64,000 bases of DNA from Chara braunii. Taxonomy: Eukaryota > Plantae > Charophyceae. A program made the translations under genes and the position numbers. The notes beneath the pieces are model-generated. The model was given only the letters and a program-made list of their open reading frames with translations, had not been told where the DNA came from and searched no databases. Within the stretch, counting starts at the first letter, position 1, and each line of letters opens with the position of its first letter. The DNA lies in assembly GCA_003427395.1 (NCBI GenBank), contig BFEA01000006.1:95225-159224 (forward strand), read 5' to 3'. This document shows, piece by piece, positions 27,631-41,468 of this stretch.

Positions 27631-29549
27631 GCTCTCTCTCCCCCTCCCCTCCCTCTCCTGAACTGTTAAAATGCAGGTCCGAGTTTGAACTCCACTGGAG
27701 CCTGATTATCACATTTACAAAAAAAAACACCTCTCTCTCTCTCTCTCTCTCTCTCTCTGGCGGCACATCCCTGAACTGTTAAAATGCACATTTTTTATCG
27801 CTTTGCAAATACCGCCTGCATGACCTTCTTTTTCTTTTTTTTCTAAAATTTATTTAGTTTATTTTGATTTGTTTTTTTTTTTCTTGATGTTTGCTTTCCA
27901 TGTTTATCATCCGCAAAAAAAAAATAAAAAATGATAGCACTCCCTCGCTCCCTCTCTTTCTCTCACTTGTTCTCTCCCGCATGTAACTCTTTGTGTCTGT
28001 TTTGCTATTTTCTCCTTTCTTGTCTATCGTTTTGCTTTATTGTTTTTCTCTTTCATCTTTTCTACCGTTTTTCCCAAAATAGAACGTTCAGTAAAAAAAA
28101 AAGAAAATCAGAACATGTATTTTATTCGTTTAGGGGTACTGACCTAAGTGGCTCGGTGGCCGGCAACAAAAGTCCCCTACTAGTTTAAAGCTTGACGCCG
28201 CCAACCCGCGATTCGCAGATCCTCGGGCTCCAAAGGACCTCACGAGGTCCCCGGACCTGAGGACGATTCGCCTGGGAAATCCTCGGAGCCCGAGGATTTG
28301 TACTCGGACTATTTTCACATTTGTTTTTCGAAAATAGGTTTCGAGGATAGGTGGAACGACGACGAAATCCTTGGAGTCACGTCCCCGAGGAGTGTCTAAG
28401 GAGGCCCTTAGGTGGGATGGTTTACCAACCGAGAAGTGTCTAAGGCCGCCCTTAGGTGGGATGGTTTACCAACTTGTATCCTCGTGTAGTCTTGATTTCT
28501 CTCTGCATTCAGTGGGACTGGAAGTGAATCGCATAAACTAACAGGTTGATGCTGTCTGGATAACTCAGGGTTGAAAATAATAAACCCGGCGCATCTCACG
28601 GCACCGTTAGCAGCGCTCGGGGCCTAGCGCCGCCGACAGAGTTCCACCACGGTGAACCTGTCGACCGTCAAGTGGTTCTCGCGCCGGCATGACGCAAGTA
28701 ACCATGGTGAAAGCAGTAACCATGGCCTTGGCTATGGCAGCATGATCGTTTTAAGCCCGCCCCGTTTCACCATGACGTATATACTCCACCGCCACGACTA
28801 ATCTCAAGGGACATCATAGCCAGTCACTGGGCCACCACAGCAAGGACTCCTCCCCCTGCACCCGAGGTTCGGAACAGGGGCAGCGAAGGGCACAGCGGAG
28901 CAGTACAAGCCGACCCAAGATGCAAGCATCAGAAGGCTAGCTCAAGACAAGAGGGTAACTCATCTCGATCTTGTCGAACGTACCATTGGTCTATCTCAAT
29001 GATTGCTGATCGAGGTGCTCTTCCCCTTTTTTCGACAGCTCTTCCACTAGGGAAACAACTGAGAACTCTGCTTGATAGGTGCAAGCTATCGCCGCTGCAC
29101 GATCGCTATCTCGTTCAATAAAATAGATGGAATGCGTAGCTTCCTGTAGATCGGAGGGTCCAATTTTGCACCGATAGCCTCCCAGAATGGCAGGCTTCTA
29201 CTAAAGATACTGGAGGTAATTGTTGAACAAAGTCTACCATGCGGCGCGTATGCCGTTACTCGTACTACAGGTAGGTAGGAATCATTGAGCGTACTTTCTA
29301 GTGTCGCTGGCTGTTACCAAGAGGCATACGGTTCTATAGATTTTTACCTTTCGAGTTCGGCAGTCGTCGCCGCCCCTCATCCCTTCGGCTCCAAACCCGC
29401 CGATCTTAGCCTTCCGCCCGCAGACTAGTTGGCGAGGAGGAAGTCGCTATCGCTATCGAGACAACTATTGGTTTCAAATCCCCCCCCCCCTATTCCCCCT
29501 CCTTTATTCCGCTTGTGCAGAATTCACCTCGCAAGAACCAGGGTCTTAA

Positions 29550-32500
29550 ATGGCAGCCACAGATGGGGTCAAGGTTGTGATGACCGAAGGGGAGACAGAC
29601 TCTCCTTAGAGCGAGCAGGACAGACTGTCCGAAGAAAGAGTTGGAATCTTATGCTCAATGTGCTATGATGATGGCCACAACCCCGAGGATATTCCCTTTG
29701 AGGATGTCACTATAGAAGGCAACGAGGCGGTGGTAACAGTTGATCACCGTNTCGNTGAAATCAACATTCANTGGTTGAAAGAACGNACAGTGGTTGTCAT
29801 ATTCCGAGATGAAGCCAGGAATCTTCCAAGAAAAGTGAAGGAGGATATCGTCCGCTCATATGAGAATGGCTGGAAAAAGGAGGGAATCTTTGATCCGTCG
29901 GTAGGCAGGGGCAAAATTAAATTTGAGGGACCAAATGTTGTATCTTATGTGGCAAGAGACAGAGTGGTTGTTGAATGGATGGTAAATGAAGGTGCGGGAG
30001 AGGTGAAACTGAAAGGGAGGAGGTATGTATTTGAAACGAAAGCATGGATGCCCAAAGCAGAACGGAAAGAATTCAGAAGAATAGAGCTTGAAAACACGTT
30101 CTGGGTTGTAGCAGTACAAGTGTCGTTAGATGCCTACTTCTACCTTCGTTCATCCTTAGCTCGTGTCATCGGACCAGTACTGAAGATGGATGAACCAGAC
30201 AGATTCAATTATAATCCTCGACTGTTGAATATCCGTTGTGAACTGGATCCTTCATGCTGGGAAAGGTTCATGGATCGGGTTTGGGTGAGAACCAAACAGG
30301 GAGATATGGTAGAAGTAAAGCTTGCATCCGCAACCACACCCTTTTGTACACGATGCAAATGGTATTTCCACTCGGACGAGGAATGCACCCGATCAAAGAA
30401 TAACCAGAACAGAAGGCGAAGCAAGTTCAGAGGAGAGAGAGTGTCACGTATGGAGGAGGACGAGGATGATAGATCATCCCTGACATTCAGTTCTAGTGCG
30501 CAGTCTGAACACGGTTCTCGCTCAGCCTATAGGCGGGGAACCTCGAAGTACAAGGGTCCGCTATCTCACCAGAATTCCCAGAGATCGAACCTTCGATCCA
30601 GAAGCCCCTCACCAGTCCGACCCCCTCCCCTGGACGTACGATCCCCTGGCGCCCTACCGAAAGACAACAGCGCACAATTAGGACGAATCAATCCGGTTTT
30701 TTTCCCAAATCCTAGACGCGAGTTTGACCCGTACGGGGGAATAAGAATGGACATGCAGCCTCGAATGAGAGGCGAATTCACCCCACCGATGCACAACCCA
30801 GGCCTACTGGATGATATCAGCGACCATGGTAGGGCAAGAACCACCCCCCCTGACACAGAGTCTCTCGTACACACCAGGTCAATCCGCCCCAGTCCTCTAG
30901 TGGCTAGGTCATCGACTGTAGGACAGAACCAATCACCTTCTCACCGCTTCCCTCTCATAGGAGTTGCAGCTTCCACAGTTGATGCTCAAGGGCGAAGCGC
31001 TAGGGGACAGTCCCCTTTGAAAGTTCCTAAGACGATTAGACCAAATGCCTCCCCTGCTTAATTGCTGCTATTAAAGGCAGCCCACGCTTTGAACGGCCCA
31101 GGTAAAGAGACGTCCAAGACCTTAGTATCCAGCCAATCCGAATCGGTAAGATCAATCAGATCTCCAACATAATTACGGCAAACAGGCCTTAAGACCTCAA
31201 GGAGTCGAAGGGCAATTACTGCCTCAAAGACCCAGTCCACGTCAATGGAAAAATGGCGTGTGCCCATAGTCTGCTCGCTGATTAATGGGTCGATCCATGT
31301 CGTCGCATGGCAAGCAGAGGACTTGAGAATCAACCTCCCGTCACAAAAGACAGAGGAGCCGATTACACCGACAACATTTTAGATGCAACGAAACAACAAT
31401 TCGGTGAACGCTTCCCTTTGGGATTGGTCCCGGACATGGCCATGCCACGGTTCTATCAGGATCTTTCCAACCGTATCTGCAAGGTTTTCGTACCATTGTT
31501 GGACGCGTTCATCGTACCCTTCAAAATGGATGGTCTCCTCATGGAAGGCATGAGACTGATTCCATTATCCATATTTGTTGAAGAGGACTCAGTCTCCCTG
31601 CAACAAATATGGGTTCAACATGTCTCAGACGCTGTATTTTTTAGCAAGCTCAACAACAAACTGCCAAGAAACAAGCCTCTACAGTCCCTGTTCTTGAAGA
31701 ACGTATTCACCCAGAAATGAACGACCACTGCTACATCTGGTTCGTCTTCCAGAACGGGATCCTGACCCCCACAAACCTCTGGCCTAAGGCCTCATCACCC
31801 ACCTCCTATCCAATCAGGGGCACTGGTCACCAGAATGAATGGATAAACTTAACATTGCTTCTTGGAATATAAGGGGTTTATGCGATGTATCTCGAAGGGG
31901 TAAAAAATCAAGGCTGAAATTCTGGCTTCACTACTAGAAAGTATGGATCGTATGTCTGCAAGACACAAGCGGTTATCGGGTAGCTGAAAATTCAGGAATG
32001 AAAACTATGAAGTGAGAGTTTTTGGCAGTCTGAAAATCCTGAATGGTCCTGAAGTGGTGAAAGGTCCGAAGACCCTAAAAACCACATGTTTAGGCAGGCT
32101 CCATCCTTAAGTGGTCAAGTGAGAGTTTTGGGCAGTCCGAAAATCCTGAATGGTCCTCAAGTAGTGAAAGGTCCGAAGACCATGAAAACCACCCTTCACC
32201 ACTTGAGGATGCGGCCTGACTAAACAGGTGGTTTACGGGGTCTTCGGAGTTTTCACCACTTCAGGACCATTCCGAGTTTTCACCACTTCAGGACCATGAA
32301 AACCACCCTTCACCATCCATAAAAGGTCCGAAGACCATAAAAAACAATTTGTTTAGGCAGGTTGAATCCTCAAGTGGTGAAGGGTGTCCTGAAGTGGTGA
32401 TGAAAAATACGAGTGTTATTAACATTCTCTCCTACAATAAACAAAGTTGGACGAAAAGAAGATCGGAGAGTTGGGCAACTCGTGGGATGACCCTCAACTC

Positions 32501-35500
32501 TAGTCCCCTGCAATCGGGACAAGAGGGGGGGTGGGGATCTTGCTACATAGGGAGCTCCCGGTCCAAATCCTGGACTCTGCCGCAGACTTGTGGGGCAGGT
32601 GGGCTTGGATAAAGCTCTCTGTATATGGACTCGACTGGGCTATTATAACGGTATACGCCCCGGTAGATAGGGCAGAGAGGAATAAAATTTTCCAGGATCC
32701 GATAGCCTACACCCCGGACGTCGACAACCTTCTGATAACAGGGGATTGGAATTGCTCCCTGGATGATCTAACTGGGACGTCAGGGGGATCCCCTGACATT
32801 CATGCACTAATGGAGCTCTTGACAGACTTGGAACTCTGTGATGCGTTCAGACTTATACATCCCATAGACCCTCGCTATACCTAGGGGTCGCAGGCCAGAG
32901 AAGGTAACAACTCAGGCTCGCTCAGAAGACTTGATTTTGCAGTTCTGAACCCAACCGGGTGGGACGTACTTCTGAACATATAGGTAATTGGGAACCCCAT
33001 GTCTGATCACTACCCAATCAAGCTTACTTTCCAGAAGCTAGACACAGTAGATAAAGGCAACGGTTTTTTTAGATTGAACGTACAAAATCTCAAGGACCCA
33101 GGCATCTCGGCCTGGGTAGAGAAATTTTTCAGTAACTGGTCAAAATCGCATCACCACTTCCAAACATTGGGAGACTGGTGGGATGCAGGAACGCCCATAG
33201 CAGCAAACTGTCTCAGTATCTTCTCTCGCATCATAGCAGAGGAGCGCAACAAGGAGGAAGCAAGCATCATTAAAGACCTACAATGGGTAGTGGATCGTAT
33301 GTACTCTCACCCCATCTCTGCGAACGTTTGGGCCCCTGAAAGGATCAAATTACTGAACAAATGGGATGAAATCCAGCAAGAGAGGGCAGAGGAATGAGCC
33401 GAAAAACTACCAGTGAAAGGGATTTCAGTATACGATCGAATGACCAAATAAGCCTTTTAGAAACTGTTGCCCAAAATATCAACATAGTCGATGAAAGTGC
33501 TCAATCACCTATTCGTACCAGAGGCGCGAACAACCTCCTCCTCTAACGCACTTTGTAACTATGCAGCATTGTATTTTAAGGATATTCTAACCTCACGCAG
33601 ACCAGAGGAATCACCTGATACAAGTCTCTCTGAAGCCTCACCTCACTGGGAAGACATGACAGTCAGACTTTTCCACAGTGACAAGCTGGCACTCGACCCT
33701 CTAGTAGCGGTTGAGGAACTGGAGGAAACCATTAACTGCATGGCGAAAGGCAAATCCCCTAGCAGGGACGACCTGCCAATCGAATTATATTTGATGTTCG
33801 AAAAACTGTTGCTGCCCCACTTCGTCAGGATTTTCAACAATGCCCTCACTAATGGAATGATGTCAAATTCTATGACACATGAAATTATTACCCTATTGTA
33901 CAAGAAAGGTGACAAAGCAGAGATCCGCAACTGGAGACCCATCTCGCTGTTGAATGTTCATACAAGATTTTGGCTAAGCTATTAGCAAACAGATTAGGTA
34001 GGTACCTACCTAATCTGGTTGACCGCGACTACACCTTCTTTGTTCAGGCAGATTCATCTTTGACAACATCGTTACCGCCATTGATGCACTAGAATGGATA
34101 GACCAGGAAAACCTAGATATGACAGTAATGCTGCTTGACCTGGAGAAAGCTTATGATAGAGTTAACTGGGTATATGTCTGCAATTTGGGCTTAATTTCTG
34201 TCGTTGGGTATCAGTCCTCTACACAGTCTCCACTGCGTCAGTATCAGTGAATGGGCATATCTCCCCATCCTTCGCATTGGCGAGGTCTCTCAGGCAGGGG
34301 TGTCCGCTGACCCCCTTTCTATTTGTGATACAATTGGAAGTACTGATTACCAATATCAAAGTAAACCCAAATATTCAAGGACTACCCACCCAACATAAAG
34401 ATTGCCGTGTCGAAGCACTGGCAGACAATCTGATGGTGATCTCCGAAAATACGAGAGAATCCTTGCAGGCTGTGAAATCGTGTTTGATGGAGTACGCCAC
34501 CCTGTCAGAAGCAGCAGTTAATTGGTCCAAATCAGTTTATTTCCTTCGTGATGGCTTTTCAATAGCGGTCGAGTGGGGAATGAAATGAATTGCAGGTGGT
34601 CACTCTGAAAGGTATTTGGGTGTTCAGGTCACACTCGGACACCGTGCGGAAGCACAGAACAACCTACTACAACAGAGAATAGTGCAGCGAATCAATCTAT
34701 GGGGTCCAACCCAGCATCTATGCTTGTTTGGACGAGCCTTGTTTGTTAATGTGCCCCTGTTTGCCCTCCTCTGGAATGTTGGCACACTGAGAGCACTAGG
34801 TAAGCAGCTAGTAAAGGTCGTCCATCAGGTAACAGCGAAATTTTTGTGGAAACCATTTGTAAAAGAAAAGTCCAGTTTTATCTCGAAAGTCGCTTGGAAT
34901 CTGATCTGTCATCACAGATCAGAGGGCGGGCTGAGGCTGCTAGACCCAGCCAGCCAAAATGCCTCTCAGCGGGTCAAATGGATTATAAGAGTTATTGAGA
35001 GCACCTCGGAATTTCATTGGATCTGCTTGGCCGAGGCGATTCTAACTAAGGATTGGAACCTGTCCAGACCCAAGAATGTCTGGACTTGCATGATGATGGA
35101 CTCATATTTACGCAAGCATACCTCGTCTCCCTTCTAGTCTTATATACTGAGGGCTTGGAAGAAAGTTGGGCCGCGTCAGTGGACCCCACCAACTACAAAA
35201 GAAGAAATCCTATTGCAACCGATTTTTGACAACCCGTTTATTTGGGACAATGAGGGACTTACTTTTTCCGCAGGAAGTGACCCATATGCATTTGGTAGAC
35301 AATGGACAGAAAAGGGAGTACTGAGAGTGTCAGATCTCTAGGATGAGTTCACAGAACAACGGGTAACGATGGACAATCTCAAAGTAAAACTTGGTCGGCT
35401 GGGCCAAGTGGAAGAGAGAGCGGTCCTCAGGAGGACCGCTCTCCCCCCGGAGTGGAAGCACCTGATAAGCCCGAAAGGAGTTTCGCCACCGGGGACATGG

Positions 35501-38178
35501 TTCACTGTACAAGAACAAGACGAGCACACAGACCTATCGAAATCGGTTTGAAAGTTGATCTCGATTAATGTCGATGGGCCCAGAACTTTCCAACAGTGAA
35601 CCAAGTTGGCATCCTCGAACAAGCTTATAAACTGTACTGGAAAGCACACTTTCACACCTTGTAGGTCACTAGGTAATCAGACCCAGATTAGAGTGAGAGA
35701 AGCTTGTAACAATGAAGGAGAATGGTCGTGCACAGCCTGGGCAGATGACGCTCCTATCATACAACTGAGACTGGACCCCAAAACGTGGTCTTGGACAGGC
35801 TCGAGGAATTTTCCACAGGAAGCATGACTCACTGACTACCAGAGTTCGCAACCAGGATTTTTATGAATACCTGTACCTGACCTAACCACACCCTCTTTGA
35901 AAACCAACCACCCATACCCACTGTATACTTGGTCTGTCGGACCTTTACCCATCTCCAACTGCAAAAAAAAACAAAAAAATATACCCCGACCTACTCTACC
36001 TGAACATCTTCAGCATATAACTAGCCATACCTACCCATAATGTTTTTTTTTTCAAGACCACCCATGGCCACCTGAATGCAAACTATTTGTTAACCACCCA
36101 TACCCCACCCTACCCAATTTGTTTTTAACTATACCCACCCGTGACCACCCGTGCTTGTCACCTACCCTACCCTAACTGCCCATAACTGCCCCTAGCTGTC
36201 CCTAACTGCCCTTAACTGCCCTTAACTGCCCCTAACCGCCCGTAACTGCCCCTAATTGACCCTAACTGCCCCTAACTGCGCTAACTGTCCTTAATTGCCC
36301 CTAACGTTTTTTTTTTTTAACTGCCCCCAATTGTCCTTAACCGGCCCCAACCGGCCCCAACCCCTAGACGTCACAGAATTGACGTGAGAATTTTTATTAT
36401 TATTAATATTTTTTTTTTTTTTTTTTAGATGTGGCAATTTCTGCAGCTACTGCCGCAACCGTGACAACAACAATTATTATATTTGTTCACTCTGATGATG
36501 CTATGGATGCATCTGGTGCTACAGTAGCCAATGCAATCTGTGTAGCATCTACAAATGCAACAACCCTCGGTCTATCGCACATACCTACACTCTCACACAC
36601 ACAAACACACAAATATTACATACACATGGTTACACATGTATGAAAATAGTTTGTCAATGTGAAAAACAAAAAATAAAATAAAATAAAATATGAAATTCAC
36701 CCTTGCAAAAAAAAATGTTTGCTTAATGGGAAATCGAGAAATTTGGAATATGAGAAAAGTGTCACGCTTGACAAAAAATACAAAGCCTGCAAGGCTACAA
36801 GACTCACATTGGGTATACCACGGTTACCCGATGGGAACCTCTACCCGCCCGTACCCACCCCTTTTTGTTTTTGGCCACCCGTACCTGCCCATACCCGTCT
36901 ATCTTATTTTCTGGCCGCCCATAGTCGTTTTGTTTTTTTTTACCCTTACCCCTACCTGCCCCTACCCATCCATAATCTCTTGAAAGGGCAACTGTACCCG
37001 CCATAACAACCACCACCTTTTGTTTGTGCCTGCCCATACCCAACTCCCCCTTCGAAAGGGGTACCCATACCCGCCCGTAACCTGGCGGTTACAGTTAGGT
37101 ACGGTCGGGTACGGACAACGGTTACTTGTTTGCACTCTCTGCTGACTACACATCAACAGGAGGATACGAGCTTTAGAGAACAACTAGATCTCCTATCATG
37201 GTGGCAGCGGGGCGATGGAGTAAGGTATCCACAACAGAGGATGTGATCATTAACTGCTGGGAACAACTACAAAACTTACCAATGCAGAGAGCAGCGTTAT
37301 TGTGGCTGCTCTTATTGTTATCCACAACTTCTGCAGTGTGGTTAGTAGAAAGGGGTAGGTTTCACTGGAATGCAAAAGGTGTCGCTGGCCATTTGAATCA
37401 ACAGTACACCTGTGTCTTTCCTACCCTCTGTCAAGAATAATTTGGGCATGGTGGCTCACCTACTCGGCCCGCATCAGTGGTCCACCCTTCCCCTGGGACG
37501 ACCGCTGGATCCTGTTCGGCGGAGTCCCAGAAGACTTCGCTCTGGACAAAGGTTGGGGTTATGTTGCTCAGTCCATCAGAGCATGCCTGTTTTTGATCAA
37601 TTGGGAAGTAAGAAACAACGGTGTGTTTGAAGGAAGGTTCATGTCGGATCAGTCAATCAATGCGGCAGCGAAACTACACATCGGACAAAGCATCAGGGTC
37701 GATTGGAGACGTAAGATATCAACGACAGAACCGAAAATTGTGGGCATGGTCTGGTTCTTAGAAACTTGGACAATCCTGGGGAAGTTGGTCAGGATTCAGG
37801 ATGGTAAGTTGGTATTGGACGAATGGTTGGTTAGCGTAGAATAAATACCTGGGCGCTCGGTTTGTCTCCATAGTAGGAGGGCAGTTGAAAAGGTTTTGGG
37901 TTTGGAGGGAGTGCCACGGAGATTTAAGGAGCTAAGGCTCCCCTACCCCGTGTTAGGGGTGGGCTGTTATTTAGGACTTGTATTCATGGATGCTGTTTGA
38001 AGATCAGGGGTTGGTCCCCTCGGGGTGCAGTGCCACCTCGTAAGCGAAACTGGGTAATGCTCCCAGCCCTCTGGGTAGACTGTGAGGACCCCGGCCTCGT
38101 TTCGAATGCATATTGATAATATACGCCTTGGGCATTGGGTCCGTGTTTGGGAAAAAAAAAAAAAAAAAAAAAAAAAAA
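29550..38178 (+). mobile_element. Decayed L1-clade LINE, copy 2 (more complete 3' end)
   Basis: ORF1 29550-31720. ORF2 runs from 31839 (SWNIRGL; GDWN; RLDF; SDHYP; LDLEKAYDRV; LRQGCPL) to the stop at 37844 (..LINWEVRNNGVF..). Poly(A) at 38152-38178. Confidence 0.92.
35840..37141. mobile_element. Non-autonomous hAT-like DNA transposon with 8-bp TSD
   Basis: Perfect TSD CTGACTAC (35832-35839 and 37142-37149). Imperfect TIRs: CAGAGTTCGCAACCA vs reverse complement CAGAGAGTGCAAACA. Many TACCC subterminal motifs. Confidence 0.85.
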
Positions 38179-38588
38179 TCCTACGAATACCGATCAGGGG
38201 TATGAAGTTGGTTGGCACTAAATGCGCCGCAGGCGGTCATGAGCTCAAACCCACAACCTCCCGAACTGAATGCCATTTGCGTGTCTAACCAACTGAGTAG
38301 GCCTCTGGATAGTGTGTCTTTTTCACTCGACTCATCAGCTACCTGTAGGCCTTTGGATAGTGTGTCTTTTTCACTCAACTCGTTACCACTTCGATTTTTG
38401 TTGATGCGGTCGCGGAGGAACATGCCCACCCACACGCAGACAGAAGGCCTCTTGTCGTAGAAAACAGCGTCCATCCGTTGTTCTTTGTTGCCCAACGTTC
38501 CAGTTCGCCTCAGATGTGCGGTCGATGTGCGGTCAGTGTGCGGGCGAGTACTTTTGTTTTTCCTCGAACATAACGAATAATAATAAAA

Positions 38589-38651
<63 letters not shown>

Positions 38652-38903
38652 GAGTACTTTCGTTTTCCCTCGAACATAACGCAGCCTGATAATGAATATC
38701 TACAAGCTATATTTCCGGCCAGGTGCGATGAAATGAGGGTGCCTTGAGTTCGGGGGAAGACCAAAGTCCATAGGGTTCAACTTTTGTGACCGCATGCAAA
38801 CTCGATTGCGGTCACATGCGTACTCCGCCACAAAAAGCGAGGTCAAAGGCACCTACAAGACAACAAAACCTTGGAATGAATGGGGAAGGAAAAAAAAAGG
38901 TGT

Positions 38904-38981
<78 letters not shown>

Positions 38982-39562
38982 TCCGTATTCGCTTAGCAGT
39001 AATCAACAGGGCGGAGGGTTCTCCACAACATCTAGACGCACTTGCCGTCACACACATAAACACAACCACAAAAAAGGATTGCATAGAAAATGATCGCAAG
39101 AAACGAGGAAACACAAAAAGATTCCGGTCACATGCGTAGAGACGTAAAGACCAGAAACAGACTACCAATTGATGATAGAGAGACCTGAGTTCTGATTCTG
39201 GGGTAACAGGGGGATCAAAGGTCTGACAAACCCTTGTTATAGAGATTAACTTTGAATTACCTCAAGAGCCGCTCATAAATCCTAATGACACTTTCTTTTC
39301 TTTTTCTTTATTTTTTTTAAGAAAAAAAATGGGTTGCCACCCATTTAGTTTGGATCATGCTGACGGGTCATACTTAGGCTCAAACATACTGACTGATCAT
39401 ACTTAGGCTCGTAAAAGACTCCTGCCATTAGTCATGTACTGCACATGGCACAACAACCTAACCAAAAAAGCATAAGAAAAGGTAGAGAGGAGAAAACATG
39501 GTAACACAAGAATACGCATAGAAAGTAGAACTCAAAAGAAAGGGGGAAACAAAAAAAAAAAC

Positions 39563-39599
<37 letters not shown>

Positions 39600-39607
<8 letters not shown>

Positions 39608-40520
39608 TTCCTTCTCCCTTGAAGTTCCCCTCCCTGAGCTCCCTCCCTTTCTTTTCCCTTCCCTCCCTTCCTTCTCTTTTCCCCCCCCCCTCCCTTCCCC
39701 CCTCCCTCCCTTCCCCCCTCCCTCCCCTCTCCAAGGAATCGTCTTTGTCGTGCGGAGAGAAGATAGCGGGCGGAGCGGGTGGAGGTCGAGTGGAGGTGGG
39801 TGGAGGTAACGTACGGTAGGAGTTGGACGGGAGGTGGGCAGAGAAGTGGCCAAGGCGGAGAGGAGATGGTGTGAGGAGGTAGAGAGGAGAGCGGGGGGAG
39901 GCAGACGGGTGGTGGGTGGAGGCAGCGGGCGGAGGAGAGGCGGGTAGAGGTGGACAGGACGCCGCCGGAGGCCTAGGGGAGGTTGTCACACAGCGGGATG
40001 GTGGGAGGAGGCGGACGCGAGGTTGGAAGAGGGCAAGTGGAGATGGGAGATCCCAATGGCGGAAGGAAGGGGTAGGGAGGCGGACAGAAGGTCGTCCAAG
40101 GTGGACAGGAGGTCGGCGGGAGAAGATGGCTGGAGGAGGCGGATAGGAGGTGGCAAAGGCGGAGAGGAAACGGCGGGAGGAGATAGTGGGAGGAGGCGGA
40201 CGAGAGGTGACGGAGGCGGAGGAGAAGTGGAGGAGGCAGGACGGAAAGAGAGAAAGAAGATGGCAGGAGGAGGTGAACAGGAGGTGGCAGAGGCGGAGAG
40301 GAGATGGTGGGAGGAGATGGCGGGAAGAGGCGGGCGGGAGGTTGCGAAGGCGGAGGAGAACTGGCGGAAGAGGGGATTAAAGAGAGAGGAGATGCCGAGA
40401 GGAGGTGGACGGGAGGTGGGCGGAGACGGAGGGGAGGTGGGCGGAGGTGGGCGAATGTGGGCGAAGGTCGAACAGGAAGTGGCGGAGGCCGAGCGGAGGT
40501 GGGCGGAGGCCGAGCGGAGG
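39600..40520. repeat. Pyrimidine tract followed by a G/A-rich (GGCGGAGG-like) low-complexity tract
   Basis: Directly visible. Confidence 0.85.
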
Positions 40521-40549
40521 CTTGTCGGGAAATCCTTCCAAGTTTGAGA

Positions 40550-40805
40550 ACGTACTTGTAATGGTTAAAATGGTTTGTTCCACATATATGGTCTACACAC
40601 CTGGTAGCAGATGTGATACCCTCTAAATCCTTCATGCTCCAAGACGTACCTATAATGGTTAAGATTCTCCATGTTTATGGTCTACACACCCGGTAGCAGA
40701 TGTGATACCGTCTAAGTCCTTCATGGTCCACCATGACGTACCTATAATGGTTAAAATGGTTTGTGTATACATTCTACACAACCGGTAGCAGATGTGATAT
40801 CCTCT
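40550..40805. repeat. Three degenerate ~85-90 bp tandem repeats
   Basis: acgtacYtRtaatggttaa...tctacaca..cYggtagcagatgtgata occurs three times. Confidence 0.85.
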
Positions 40806-41395
40806 TCACCCAAATAGACCATACACTATCGTACAGTCATTTTCGCTCAATTTCATACGTTCTATTGGACTCAATGGAAGATGGTAGGCCTCTGGGTTTA
40901 CACAATTACAGGGCAACTAAACGGGTGTTGGAGAATCCTTTTTGTGACTAAAAAGCGTTTGGCTTAAGTCATGTACCATCCATCCAAACGAAAACTACGT
41001 TTTTTTATTCACCTGTCCAAGGACTTCACCTTTCTATCCCGAGACTGTCAATTTTAGGTCATGTGACCTATGTGCAAGGAACGGAGCCCCCGACAATGTT
41101 GCACAGGCCCTATGTGTTGTGCCCGCCCTAATAGAAGGGCGGGCCTAAATATCTACGTTGGCCCATTTTGGACATGTTTGTGAACAGCAGGGCCCCAAGG
41201 TGGTTACTGAAACTGAAGGCTCCATATATGCCCAGCGTGTTCGTTGCAGCAAGCCAGCGTCTGCACCTAACGGGTAGGCTGGGTAGTTGCATCCACTCGG
41301 TTTGGTGGGTGGGTTGAGGCCCAGGCTCACGTCCAACAGTTGAGGTTGAGGCCAAGGACCCTTACCGTTTGGACCCCATGCACATTCTTGAAAGN

Positions 41396-41420
<25 letters not shown>

Positions 41421-41468
<48 letters not shown>

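Larger units (their letters stand above)
24844..39600. repeat. Composite tandem unit, copy 2
   Basis: Appears identical to copy 1 over the first ~6.2 kb and again over ~31240-32690, then clearly diverged. It retains ~0.85 kb that is deleted in copy 1. Confidence 0.95.

Noticed and set aside
39432-40635. Pro- or Gly-rich ORFs
   Set aside because: They derive from low-complexity G/A-rich repeats.
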